A stretch of DNA of 56,434 nt, the filler included, from Sphacelaria rigidula (lineage: Eukaryota): NCBI GenBank assembly GCA_964200075.2. It is 7 parts of 7 records of this genome, joined end to end, with 100 filler letters (N's around TTAATTAATTAA, not from the genome) between each part and the next. Parts side by side here need not be neighbours in the genome. Positions count along the whole stretch, not along the records: positions 8,078 to 16,054 come from CAXNAA020012773.1; positions 16,155 to 24,130 come from CAXNAA020012774.1; positions 24,231 to 32,206 come from CAXNAA020012775.1; 4 more parts are not named here. The stretch is one strand, 5' to 3'. Each line of letters opens with the position of its first letter. The first letter of the stretch is position 1. Both the position numbers and the translations under genes were made by a program. Under the pieces are notes generated by a model. It was not told the origin of the DNA and did not search any database. It worked only from the letters and a program-made list of their open reading frames with translations. This document shows, piece by piece, positions 12,304-24,460 of this stretch.

Positions 12304-12949
12304 CTTTGTAGTAGCAGACAAATCCAGTCCGGCTGTTGCGTTCAAAAACAAAAGTGGCACAATCATGGGAGAGATCGGTCACCCATCACTTGTCACCTGC
12401 CCATGGGAGGTTCTCCGAAGAACGTGTGCATGGTAGACTCAGTCTGGCTGTTGCGTCTTGTGAAACAGATATGAAACAACTGAGGTATTGATAGGTTACC
12501 TTGCGACCCGGGGATGCTCTCTGCTGCATGTTTGCACTCCTTCGCTAGTAAACCACCGCCATCACGGACTCACGTTGGCTCTACAACAGCGACCTCAGAT
12601 GGTCGCTCCTTACACGACGAGACCTTGGCCCGCTGGCAAAGCACCCGAGTGCTGCGAGCGTTCAATCCGGTAGTGTTAACCACTTGGCCAATTAAAACCT
12701 TCCCGGAATGGCATTACTTGATTTGAGCGTAAACACCGATATTCGGATCTTTAGTGGGGCCAACAGCCTCAAGCACCCCTCGCGTGCGGCGCCATTTGGA
12801 GGTCTGCCCACGCCGCACTTGGCCTAGGGAATGCTCCACACACCCCTCGCCCGAGGATTCTGGGTATGCCTTGGGTTGGGGTTAGGGTTGGGGTTAGCGT
12901 CATTCAAAGGAAGATGTTTCCGAGAAGTTTCGTCATCGACCAAGTGGTA

Positions 12950-14450
12950 GACACACGTCGTTCAATCGTCCGCGCGACACTATGAACAACTGCCCCTGTG
13001 CAACCGGTGGTTGTTAACATCATGTTCATTTAGGACAAGCACGCTCTACGTGCCGTCCATCGCGACGGCTCTTCCGTTCAAGTAATTCCCTTGATCCAGT
13101 GAAATTCAACGGCGTGCACCGCCAGAGAGCACTTGAGCTTGCAGAAAATGCCAAGATCGGTCATGTTCTAGGCGCTCGCTTGCAGGAGGATGATGCTCCA
13201 TGGCACTGCAGAACACACGCCGTGCTGCATCGGCTACAGCCTTCGAAGCGAATGCCCCTTCGTTTGACCACCGGAAGCGAGGCGGCGCATGACACCGCAG
13301 CCAGGGTTGCCCGCCAGCGATTTTGGGAGTCACGAAAAATTTACAGTACCCTTGTCCGACATGGTGCAATATGTTGAGCAGTGAAAAACGGTTACAGGAC
13401 AACCGGCAATTGCTCGGTGCCCTCGCATGATCTATCAGCATCTTGGGCGCTTCCAATGCTCCGTACTTTCCGATGTCCAGATACCACATACAGATTTCTT
13501 ACCGGCTGATTGGCCTGTCGGTGGGCCTCGCTCTTGACTGCCTGTTCGTTGTACCAGTCCAACTTCAAGTGGGATTCCAGCTTAGAGCTCAGGTACTGCG
13601 GCGAGGAAGGTGCGGAGACGTCGAAAGCAGGAGAAACATAACCCATGTCCGGTGATGTGCGTTAGCCGGTGCAAAATCGACTTATGAAAGAAAAACTGGC
13701 GTCATCTCACGACGGCGGAAAGTCGTTTGAGAGTGAACGCAACTGCATATATCGATATACTGCAAGACGCTCACACGTGTCCACGTCTTCCACGAAAAAA
13801 ACATCGGAATCGAAATCGATTTTGCGAGTGTTCCAGTCTTGCTTTTCTTGGGCAAGTCTATCATGCGACCACGGCTGGACACCTGGGGGGTCAGTTGCAG
13901 TGCTACCATCAATCCATCAATTTTCGTCACTCTATGTGGGTCTAGCGCCGGCACCGGAGTTGCCTCAGCGGTGTGTGAGATTTGGGTCCAGAACGACCGA
14001 TGACTGACAAACCCGTATATCCAAGATCGCTGTAGTACCGCGCAAGACAGGTGTTCGATAGCCCTCATGATAGCTTTCACTCAACCACGTGCGATGTGCA
14101 TATTCTGGCTTCAAATTCGTCAAGAAAATGAGGCTGCACCAACCATTTCGGAAACGCCGATTGGCACAAACGCTGCTGAAGTTGTAGACTTCCGACTGAA
14201 AGACCGCGCCAACATTTGCACGCATCGTTGATGGAACATGACAGCAAACGCACTCGACCATAGCACCTTGTACCTTACTCGTAGTGGAGTCAAGCGATCT
14301 GTGGATGCGAGCGTTTTCTCTTGTGAGAGCCTCTGCGCGACACTGCATGCCCCCAAATCTCAGGCACAGGCTTGTATCTCGAAACGTGTTGACCCGCGCG
14401 GATGACCACGCGAGTTGCTGCACGTCGCACTTTTCATGTCAGGCAAATCT
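12950..14450 (-). pseudogene. Decayed protein-coding sequence of unassigned family (copy 1)
   Basis: Frameshifted segments share three collinear motifs with 26800-27870; interrupted by a repeat near 13860-13921. Confidence 0.45.
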
Positions 14451-15366
14451 TGGGGATCCTTCAAGGGCTCGGCAAATCGAAGGCCCTTTGGTTACGGTTC
14501 AGGACAGCGGACTAACCATGATACCCTCTTTGATTTCAATTTCAATTTGCGATTGAGATTTTTTTTTGCTCAGACGGTTTCATGCGGCTGTTCATGTTCA
14601 TTATTTGATTGGATTTTTCAGTTCAGGGACATTCTACCCAATTCTTGGCTCCCAAAAGGGAATATCGCCATGATATGTTTTGCACACTTTGCATCACCCC
14701 GAGAGGAGTCTACCCTACGATTCCGATTGCTTGGTGTTGAGGAAGCGAAGAATTTACCCATTGAACCAACGAGCGCTATGAATACTTGGCGCCGAGGTTT
14801 CGAGATGGCCATCGGACAAAAATCCAGCTGGGCATGAAAAAATGTGAGCAAGATGCTGAAAAAAAAAATTATGAAGATCAGCGTAAAGCACTTCGCCGAG
14901 CGAGCAAGAATGTATACATCGACGGGTAGTACGGGCAGGGCTTCTCAGCAGGGCGGCAATCGCGCGCAAGGTGCATCGGCATTGTCGCACGGTCGAAACG
15001 CGGACGTCCTCTCCCCCAATGAAGAGAAGGAGCAGCCGCAGCTGCGCGACAAGCAGCTGTGTACAGTTGAGGGTGGGGCTGGATCAGCCGGTGGCGATGC
15101 TGCTGCTGCTGTTGCTTCTCTTCCTCGTGCGGTCCGCGTTTCGACCGTGCGACAACGCCGATGCACCTCGCGCGTGATCATCGCCCTGCTGGGAATCCAT
15201 AGTCTGTTTGAGTGTTGTCACCTGCTCATGTCGAGATTCTCATTACTATCTTTATGCTGCATTCAATAGTAATGGCGGGCGGTTCTTCGTGTGATAACGA
15301 GGTTATGAACCGTCATTATCATTCTCATTGTCATAAGTTGATCACTTTTTTCGCCTCTAGAATACG

Positions 15367-15606
15367 GGGCCTTACATAGCCCTGAAGGCGTGCCTTTGCA
15401 CATTACTTTTCGATCGAAAACGCGCGGTGGGAAAGGAAAATTCCGATCTGATAGGTCATAATTTTATCATAAACGACGTCAACATGAATCACGACCTATC
15501 TGGTCAAAACTTTTCCTTTGCACCGCACCTTTTCAATCGAAACACAATTTGCGAAGACACGGCCTGAGCGTCGGACAAAAATGCCTGGACAGCATGTCGT
15601 AGGCCC
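15367..15606. mobile_element. Foldback (palindromic) MITE-like element
   Basis: Arms ttttcgatcgaaaacgcgcggtgggaaaggaaaa...gataggtc and gacctatc...ttttcctttgcaccgcaccttttcaatcgaaa are imperfect reverse complements; GGGCC/GGCCC ends. Confidence 0.6.
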
Positions 15607-17327
15607 AGACACATTTTTTTATCGCTCTCTCGACGATCTTCCTCCTAACCCCAGCTAAAAAAGGACTCGAGAATTGTACGGGCTCCATGAGTGTGTCGCA
15701 GTAGAGCTGTGAATCGAGACGTTCGCATCTCAACTAGCGTACATCCAGAGCAGAGGTTACTGCCAGAGATGCCCATGTGCGTCTTGTGATCTAACCTGGT
15801 CACCGATCGTGGCTTCTTGAATGTTCCCTCGACAAAAAAAGCCTCCGTGCAATCGAGTTTTTCTGTTATTTTATTGTTGTTCGTGGGAGTGCAACATAGA
15901 CGGAAATTGCAGTGTCCCCACATGTAAATGTGGCCAGAGGTTAACTCTTTTGGAACTGTTGATGGTGAACTGAGGATTTTCAACTGAGGTTTATCCCACA
16001 AAAAATGATTATTTTTCTACAGCTTTTGAGCAAACGATTCGCTCAAAGTGTGTTNNNNNNNNNNNNNNNNNNNNNNNNNNNNNNNNNNNNNNNNNNNNTT
16101 AATTAATTAANNNNNNNNNNNNNNNNNNNNNNNNNNNNNNNNNNNNNNNNNNNNCCAAACACACATGGTTGCTTTGGTGGGCTTCCCTGCTGCTCTGCGG
16201 ACAGATAACCCCGCCCCCAACCCCCCCCCCCCCCCCCCCCCCCCACCAACCGGAAACCCCCGGATGTCTCCGCACTGTTAGCCTGTGAAACTGGTCCGAG
16301 GTGACGCTCGCTGTTCAAGGGTTACCTTGGACTCCTCTGGACTTGGAGTCCCCTAAACTAACCACCGTAGAGCTCTTGTGTAGTCTTGTACTATGGTACT
16401 AGGCGTCGCTCGTATGCACCATATCGTTTGCGCGGGCGGTAGGCCGTGGTGCACAGCTAGCAAGCAATACGTGCACAATAAACTGACGACGACACTCGAA
16501 GATCCTGTAACAATGAAATCGTTTGGTAAACGCGTGATGGAATCAAAGTGCTCGCCAATTTGCAATTGTCAATTATGCTTGTCAATCTGCAACTACCGCC
16601 TACGATCCGGAATGGTGCTACGCAAGAGGCGCACAAATATTTTCCGAGGGTCGGATTGTTGAGAGCTCTTTATCTCATTCAAGAAACGAATGATGAAATA
16701 TGTAAGAGTACGCCACGGTTACCACTCCAATGGGCTCGGGATATCCCGAATGGATTTGAAAACGGTGATGTCCTAACCCATATTCTTCAGCTCCAAACCT
16801 CAGGAGCCTCTGAATGAGGAAGATCTGGGCCCAAATGTGCAGCCTCTACCGTGGTGTGACTCTCCGGCTTATGGGGTGTATATCTACCTGATATTATTTA
16901 TGTTTTTATGTATCTAAGGTATGTGCTCGTCTGGTGTAATTCGTATTCCGAGTATGTACGAATGAAACGCTAATATGTGCATCGAAATATAGCAGCATTA
17001 TAGTTGGATCAATTAGACACGGACTGCCGCCGCGATTGCCTCCATCAGGAAAGTGGCTGGCTTGAGGAGGCAAAATTTACATGTAAATAAAGATGCAAAA
17101 CACCGAGCATATCGAGCAGCTAGGAATCCCCACGCTTGTGGTTGTTTTCACCAATGTGGCCCGTATGAGGCGCTTCATGTAGTCTGAAACTAGTTATCAT
17201 ATGCTGTGTGGCCATTTTCTTCGTGCCAGGTTTGGGGCTGGTGTTTGGGGGGGTGGCTATCGAGGCATCACTCCATGGTACCGATCTATCGGGCCGGTCG
17301 GTTATCGTTCGTGTTGCACTGAATCAG

Positions 17328-17457
17328 GTGATACTACTGGGCGACGGCACTGTGGGGAAAACGTCGATTGCAACGAGGTTCGCCCAGGACGACTTCTCTC
17401 AGTCTTACAAGCAAACCATAGGGCTGGATTTCTTCGTCAAACGAATTGTTCTCCCCG
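17328..17457 (+). CDS. RAB28: Rab28 small GTPase, exon with P-loop and switch I
   Basis: [43 protein letters not shown]; cag acceptor, GTAGGT donor. The start-codon exon was not found. Confidence 0.93.
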
Positions 17458-18380
17458 GTAGGTCCATCTGAGATAGATGGAAGATCGTACCATTGGCTCG
17501 TTGATGTTTGCTAGAACCTCAATATTCGTAGTAGGTCGAGGAACCGCTTCCGTGGGGGAGGTCGATAATAAAACCCCAGTTTCGGTCAGAACTGAGCCGC
17601 AAGGGCCCGGCCCGATTTGCTTGCAATCTCTTTGAAGTTAACATGCGACCAACCTTTGGGTTAATCCTTCAAAGACTTTCAAAGCAACGTTGAGCACGTT
17701 TTGAGCATATAGAGGCCGAGGGTTGACCTCTAACGGCGCCAAACGCGAGTTAGTATTTTCTGGGAAGCCAGTGACGACGTAGGCACGCTCCTATATTTCA
17801 CAAAGTCCACGGATGAACACCCCAAGAAAATTCTACTCGGCCAGTGAGGTGCCGCAAGTTGTGTTGAATTTGTATATGACTCAGACACACGGGAGCGTTT
17901 CCTCTCTCTGGAACCAAGGCAAAGAAGATGCTGTCTAGTGTCCCTTCAACCGGGCCACTGCTCAAGCCCAGGGCACATTGAGATGAGCATCCCAGGAAAC
18001 ACAAGCCAACGCACTGCCCACACACTGCGCCTTTATTGACTAGTAGTCGTAGACACATTAAGTACCGCCCAGAAGTGCCAGCTGCTCAACATGTCTTCTC
18101 CACTCGGTTACAGGGAATATGTAGTCCATGTTGAATTTGTTGTGTAGTTTCTATCGAACACCGAAACAAAATCAAGATATGGCTTGAACACGATATAGCC
18201 TTGCAGCCTTGGACAAACGCCGTTACCGCAGCGCCCAAATACGCCTCTTGTGTACCCTTGCGGTGTGTACCCTTGCCGGTTGCGGTCGATTGTCTTTTTG
18301 CGACAATTAGAGATGTAACCCTCAAGACCCAACTTGCGCCCACCCCTTCTCGCCACACACGTTCTGTTGGTTCGCTGAAG

Positions 18381-18469
18381 GTGACGTTCATGTGGCACTG
18401 CAAATATGGGACATCGGGGGACAAAGCATTGGCAGCAAAATGATGTCCAAGTACATCTTCGGCGCTCAC
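18381..18469 (+). CDS. RAB28: Rab28 exon with G3 motif
   Basis: [36 protein letters not shown] instead of WDTAGQ is typical of Rab28. GTGAGT donor. Confidence 0.95.
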
Positions 18470-20037
18470 GTGAGTATGTTCCATGGATTGCCGACGCGTG
18501 AGCGCGCAAAAAAGAGGAGGCCGGGCACATGGACGTTCCTGTGGCGCAGCGAAAGTGGCTGTAGTATGTGCACTCCGCGTGCGTAGTTTACAGTGAACCC
18601 TTCTGAGTGTGTAGTCACACACCCCGTGCGATCTTTGAAGTATAATACCCCCTCCCGTGCTATTGATTGTTCGACATCGAATTTCCCGCGGGTGAAAACT
18701 TTGCACCGCCAGAACGGATGCTCACGTGGCTAGATCTTCGAAAATTGATTTTCGATGATGCTGCTTCTGGTGTCACTGAGTTCGTAATCCGAAATCTTTG
18801 GGATTGAGCAGTGTGTCAACGGAGGGAAAGGGTGGCCTGTCAGTTACGGTATTACCAATGCTCTAACGGACTCTAGCGGAGAGGAGCGGAAGGGGCAGCC
18901 CCTTCGATGCTCAGTACTTTGAGGGGCGGTTTCGACGTCAACAGGGTTTCAAGTGCCCACTCAAGACATGGAGTGTTCAGATTCGTGTAAACGCCCCGAT
19001 AACTTGTTTACGTGAACTTCTAACCTAGATATACTTGCTGCAAATGACCAGCGAATAGCCAACTACAAGTACGGCTGTCGGCCGACGCCATATCTTCTAG
19101 ACCCTGGACAATGGGTTCTATTGTAAAAAAATGTGCTGCATACAGTATGGAATCTGTTGTCTGCTGCAACAGGCGCAATAGTCGATACTGTACGCAGTAC
19201 ACTTTTTCACTGTGTATTCTGTTCGTCATTTTCCAGGGCGCAATATCTTCTCGCGGAAGAAACCCTTTGTTTATGTTTGTTCTACTCCGAATAGAGACCC
19301 AGTGTGTGTCTGTGTGTCTGTGTGTGCTCATGATTTTGCAAGGGTGTTCGTTAGCAGGAACTACCCGCTAGACGCACCAATCAGTCAGCGAAATGCTTTT
19401 GAGCTCGATAGCTTTCAGTCGCGACACAAAGGTGCTCCGCCTTTTTGCCACTCGTCAACACTCTACGATAGTGTCGTATGCGTGAACCAAAGCGGTCGAA
19501 TCTCCCAGCACTCGTCGTTCGGCGGAGAGAGAGCGTGCTGTCGCCATCGCGATGGGATTTCGGTCCTCCTTCTGTTTGTTTGAAGCTGCCCACGAGATCA
19601 CTCAATCATGGCAGACTGACTGGTCTAGTTGGCAATTCCTTTTACTTAACAGCGGACCGGACGGGCTGAACCCAGCTAGCTTTGCTCGGTGAGGACCCCT
19701 TTTTTCACCAGCTCAATGTTTTTGCCGCTGATGTAGGGGAATGGGTGGGTCGTTGCCGAGGTTAGGGGTGGGTAGAACTTACCGTATTGCTCTGGTTGCG
19801 CTATCGCCCAGGATTAGGTGCGTTGCTACACAACGTAGGGAGTACCGTATGCCGTCGGAACGGAGTAGATACAGCCGATAGTATAGTCTATGCTGACAGT
19901 AACACCGTGTGCTGCAATACACGTCCGATCGAGCAACCAACTGCTTGTGAACCACGTCCCAAGTGTCGACTTACGGAGCTCCACATGGGACTGTTTCATT
20001 ATTGTGAACATGCGTGTTTTACGTGCCGGAATCGCAG

Positions 20038-20164
20038 GCCATCGTGATGTGCTACGACATCACCAACTACGACAGTTTCCAAAATTTGGATGACTGGTAT
20101 CGCCTGGTGATGAAGACATTCGTCGATGGGAACAGGCCGTACGTTGCGATGGTTGGGAATAAAT
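20038..20164 (+). CDS. RAB28: Rab28 exon
   Basis: AIVMCYDITNYDSFQNLDDWYRLVMKTFVDGNRPYVAMVGNK; cgcag acceptor, GTGAGT donor, phases consistent. Missed by the ORF track. Confidence 0.95.
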
Positions 20165-20644
20165 GTGAGTCTTCCGCGTTATAATCGAACAGACCAGACC
20201 ATCCTCCCCACTATGAGATACACCTGGATGCCATGTGTGTGTGTGTAATTGAACCTAATCTCGAAGGCACACATATTCCTGCAGCTTCTATGGGCTAGCC
20301 ACGATATCAGAGTGTTGTTGAAACTATTTCTGTCGGAGCATCAAATCGGAGTGTACAAGCTGTCAGAAACAATACCTACTAGATATACCGTACCTTCGTT
20401 ATTCATGAGGGACGTTCTACCTGGTGGAGGTGCGCGGCTACATCAATCTGTCCCAACTCTGCACGTAATTGCTTCATTGCATAGAAAGCTCACGCCAGTA
20501 AGGCCAGGCATCACTCACCATTTTTCACTCACGCGATATTTCGTAGATCTCAGTCATCTACGCGGAGTGTAAACCACACCACTGACGCTGAATTCTTACG
20601 AAGTTGAATTCTTGCGTGTTTCACCTCTGCCGGCCCCCCCGAAG

Positions 20645-20748
20645 GTGATCTAAGTCACTTGCGAGCGGTGCAAACAGCGAGCTCTAGCAAGTTCGCCGAC
20701 GACACCGGCATGTATACCTTCTTCATGTCCGCGAAGTCCGGCGACCAG
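20645..20748 (+). CDS. RAB28: Rab28 exon with G4 end and G5
   Basis: CDLSHLRAVQTASSSKFADDTGMYTFFMSAKSGDQ; completes NKCD and contains SAK. Confidence 0.93.
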
Positions 20749-21234
20749 GTACAAGTTTCGACTGAATTTCGTTAGGTTGTGTAGAATACTGATAGTATAT
20801 TGATGTCGTTTCCAAGTAGAATAGTTGAGAACGTGAAAAATGAAACGACATGCACGGGGTGGTGTCTGATAGAGCCACCGTTTCGACGACAGGTATGCGG
20901 TGTCGACTCGGTGTTTATTTGCAGAGTCGAAGTGCGTCATCACCTTGTCTCAGCAGCTACACCAGGTAGCTGTTAGTCCCCGTCCGCGGTCTATCATGGA
21001 GCTGAGAAAGTGCTTTAGTGCCATCGGGGAATCTGGCGAGGAACCCTCTGCGTCCTCACTTTGCATACCCGCACATCTGGCCAGGTTTGTGCTCCTATTA
21101 CAACACAACTGACTTCCCCGAGACTATCCCACGGTAACGATCAATGTCGTGGCATTGAAACACCATGGCCTAGGCGCTTTTACCCCGTGAGGAAAGGCTA
21201 TAGCCGCAGAAACGTCCGTCTCCGTTGTTTTCAG

Positions 21235-21423
21235 GTAGATGCGTGCTTTCATCGGATAGCCGGGCATCTGGCGGGAATTGCGCTGACAAGACCCCACTTG
21301 GAGGCAGCGGGCGGGATCATTCCAGCGAGCATAGTAAACCACAAGCAGAACGACGAAGCGGTCGAGGACGGAAAGGTTCCCGACTACACCTCTCGACGGC
21401 CCAAGGCCTGCATTTTGTCGTGA
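21235..21423 (+). CDS. RAB28: Rab28 terminal exon with CaaX box
   Basis: VDACFHRIAGHLAGIALTRPHLEAAGGIIPASIVNHKQNDEAVEDGKVPDYTSRRPKACILS*; single-Cys CaaX (CILS) as in Rab28. AATAAA follows near 21456. Confidence 0.93.
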   Translation, partial: VDACFHRIAGHLAGIALTRPHLEAAGGIIPASIVNHKQNDEAVEDGKVPDYTSRRPKACILS

Positions 21424-22234
21424 ACGATGTTCGTCTCGATCTTCTTCTCTGTGTAAATAAATGCTAAAAACGTTTTTATTTTTTTGTACGAATGCGAAAG
21501 TACAATGAGAAATAATTGTCCGCTTTTACTGCAATCAGAAAGGCGAGCTACGCGGCAAACATCAAGGAATGGTGACAACCCAGGGCAGGTGACCGGGTAC
21601 AGCTCTCCCGAGTGTTCGTTTTCGAAACCCCCATCCTCACAAGACACGCGGTGCGCCGCATTCCCAAAACATGCCGTTCATCGGAACATTTCGATGAGAT
21701 CTCCCCGACGACACCAGCCGACGAAACTTGGTCTCCACCTTTATCGACAACCGAACACGAAATACCCGCCACCAGAGGATTATACACACTGTCCCTTGCC
21801 GTTCTGTTCTTTAAGGGCCACTTCAGTAGTCCGCGGGGGAGAAGCGACCGACCGATCGGACCAAGTATTATTTGGTGAAATGTACGAAATACACAACATC
21901 TTGGAATGCCGTCCGCCGGGCTTTGTGCAAACAGCAGCAGCGACTTGCCGTAGAACGACTCTGAAGCTCGTCGAGCTTCACAACGTCAATTCTTAAACAC
22001 ATCTCAAGTCTACAATCTTCAGGCGAGGTCTACACAACAAGATGTAAGAGCAAAATATGCCCCCTTTTTTGTCATTATCCAGCATCAAGGGCTGTCCGGG
22101 GTATTGGTGAACATGCAATGCGACTACATCGCTTACGCAGCAGCAAGGTCGACGTTCAAGCAGGAACCGTTTGAAGTCGCCGAGAATAAGATAGATGCGA
22201 GGGCATCAGCACCACAAAGAGATGTCTAAGTATC

Positions 22235-22488
22235 ACGGTGCGGATGAATCATCGCCGATTCGAATCACTGAATCTACGATTCTTCAGGCGTCATTGCTCG
22301 AGAGAAAAATAGTTGACCGCTGGTAAAGAGAAGTTTTCTCGCAATTTTTGCGCCATTCCACGTCCCTGGGCCGCACGTCCCTGGTTTGCAACGCTGAAAA
22401 CAAAGCTTGAAGATTGATTCGTACGGTACGAATCAACGACACCACAATCGTGTAATTTCCAGACGAATCATGAATTCATCCGACCCTT
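22235..22488. mobile_element. MITE family D (about 255 bp)
   Basis: Reverse-complement similarity over the full length to 27876-28132 and 33366-33618; short imperfect TIR (GGTCGGAYGAA). Confidence 0.75.
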
Positions 22489-22533
22489 AAAAAAATATCC
22501 AAGCGGTGATAGAGCGGTACGCTCTGTCTATCG

Positions 22534-22698
22534 CTACCGCTGATTGGGGACTAAGTTGACCTCCTGTGGCCCGTGATCAACCCGCCAAATGAAGACGGAA
22601 CGGTCCCCCTTGCCGATGGACACCACATGTAAGTCGTCAGCGGTGAATCGGACGCTGGACACTCCTCCGACATGACCGGACACAGTGTCACACCCCGC
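22534..22698 (-). CDS. EML-like WD40 protein, terminal exon
   Basis: AGCDTVSGHVGGVSSVRFTADDLHVVSIGKGDRSVFIWRVDHGPQEVNLVPNQR*; the final EML WD repeat, in phase with the previous exon. Missed by the ORF track. Confidence 0.88.
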   Translation of the reverse strand, partial: AGCDTVSGHVGGVSSVRFTADDLHVVSIGKGDRSVFIWRVDHGPQEVNLVPNQR

Positions 22699-22735
22699 CT
22701 GGAGAAGGACAAGGGAAAATTCGCACGGTTAGAAC

Positions 22736-23037
22736 GTTTTCGTGAGATTGAGAGTACAGTAGAGCGCTGGTTGAGAATGGCTTTGATCATTCGCTCCAAC
22801 TTAGCCAATTTTTCATTCCGTGTGTCTTTTTCTTTGCCTCCATCGCTGGCGTGTACTTTCAGCTACACGTCAATATCCTACTCAGGGATGGGTATCAAGG
22901 GTCTCAATGGCAAGCTACTATAGAAATCATGATATCGGGCCTCGTGGAGGGGCATGTCGGAACTGAAATGATTCATTCACTGAGATGGATCGCTTTTCGC
23001 TCTCAATCGTATCCTCCACTCTCAATCTCACGAAAAC
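22736..23037. mobile_element. MITE family B (about 300 bp) in the last EML intron
   Basis: Perfect 20-bp TIR GTTTTCGTGAGATTGAGAGT; related copies at 50012-50311 (inverted) and 43329-43864 (interrupted). Confidence 0.85.
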
Positions 23038-23298
23038 ACCGTTTATTTTGTTGGTTATCTCCTAGTAAATAGTCTCACTATACAAAACTTCAGTAACCAT
23101 TCCGTTCTCAATAGCTCCTCAAGCGCTGGTCATGTTGTTTATTCCACCTGTGCTGACAAGCCTACGAGCTCTTGTTCTCATCTGTGCTGAGGAGCCTACG
23201 AGCTCGTAGAGCTTCAGGCCTTGTTTGAGATACCAGGAGAAACAATAGCCAAGCGTCGCTGGCGTCCAACGGAGGCAAATGCCCGCGACGAGACTCAC

Positions 23299-23380
23299 CT
23301 CCTTGGATAGAACTGGGTATCTGAAGAGCTTGATACTTCCAGTATCGTCTGCGGTAACGACCAGGCTCTTGTCGTGGGAT
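23299..23380 (-). CDS. EML (echinoderm microtubule-associated protein-like, EML5/6 type) WD40 protein, penultimate exon
   Basis: (R)SHDKSLVVTADDTGSIKLFRYPVLSKE matches the EML motif TADDxGxVKLFRYP; ctcag acceptor, GTGAGT donor. Confidence 0.88.
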
Positions 23381-23440
23381 CTGAGGTTGGCACATCGCAA
23401 GGCACGCCGTCGTCAGTTACACAACGCTATCTCACCGAGG

Positions 23441-23619
23441 GAAGAAGATACCCGAAGGAAGGTACACCCATGGATCGATTGATAGTTTTTGACATATCGG
23501 TCTCATTCGAAGACAACGTTGACGCCAACCGAAGAAGATACCCGAAGGAAGGTACACCCATGGATCGATTGATAGTTTTGACATATCGGTCTCATTCGAA
23601 GACAACGTTGACGCCAACC
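23441..23619. repeat. Near-perfect 90-bp tandem duplication
   Basis: gaagaagatacccgaagg...gttgacgccaacc twice, differing by one T in a T-run. Confidence 0.95.
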
Positions 23620-24230
23620 GTCCATGACAACGGTTGTGAGCACACATACTCTGAATACGCATGGAATGTTCTCGAGGCGTTGCTCTCCTCCAACCAAAAT
23701 TAAGGCATTGCACGACAGACGGGGCGTGGCGAAAACAATGTCTGGCAACATTCGAAAATACTAGCCACAATAAATGTTGCCACGGCGACCCGGTGGTGTG
23801 AACTAAAATCGTCTAACTGTCACCGTTCAGGGTGGACAGAATGTGAGTTCAATTCCCAATGCGCTGAGTATTTTCTGCCCAAGTGTCTGATTTCCACCAT
23901 CAAAAACGTGAGTAACCGAGGAAACAAAACGTAGTTGGCCGAGCTTGTTTGAAGAGAGTTGCCGCGGTGTGGAAGTAGTGCTAAGCCTATCGGCGAGACC
24001 ATAATGCCAAGGCGTGCGCCGGAGAGAGATGGGTTGATCCCTTGAGACCACGGACTCGTCCCGAGGAGGGGGGGGGCGTACTCATTTGTTGCTTGCCTTA
24101 GTCATTTGACCATTGACCACGCATCCCTTTNNNNNNNNNNNNNNNNNNNNNNNNNNNNNNNNNNNNNNNNNNNNTTAATTAATTAANNNNNNNNNNNNNN
24201 NNNNNNNNNNNNNNNNNNNNNNNNNNNNNN

Positions 24231-24460
24231 CACGTAGAACACGTGCCTGACGGAATGCTAGCGGGCATCGAACGAGGCAAACGCGCTAGTGCCACCCCCA
24301 GTAGTGCAATCGTACTTGAGCCATTTCCACTGCAAACGGAACTGCGTGACGTAGTGGGCGCCCACCCAGATGAGTTACACAACCGAGATCAAGGAGTACT
24401 CTACGCCTAAAGAGAGAGTCTCGGACGCGTCGTGGGGAACGCCAACGACTGCGTCGACGG
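24231..24460 (-). pseudogene. USP/peptidase C19-like His-box fragment with an in-frame stop
   Basis: LGVEYSLISVV*LIWVGAHYVTQFRLQWKWLKYDC resembles YxLxxVVxxxGxHYxxxxRxxxxWxxYD. Confidence 0.45.

Noticed and set aside
12872..12897. Telomere
   Set aside because: Only a few degenerate units, in an internal position.
16155..17327. First coding exon of RAB28
   Set aside because: No ATG-containing exon with a phase-0 donor and a Rab28-like N-terminus was found; it is probably outside the contig.
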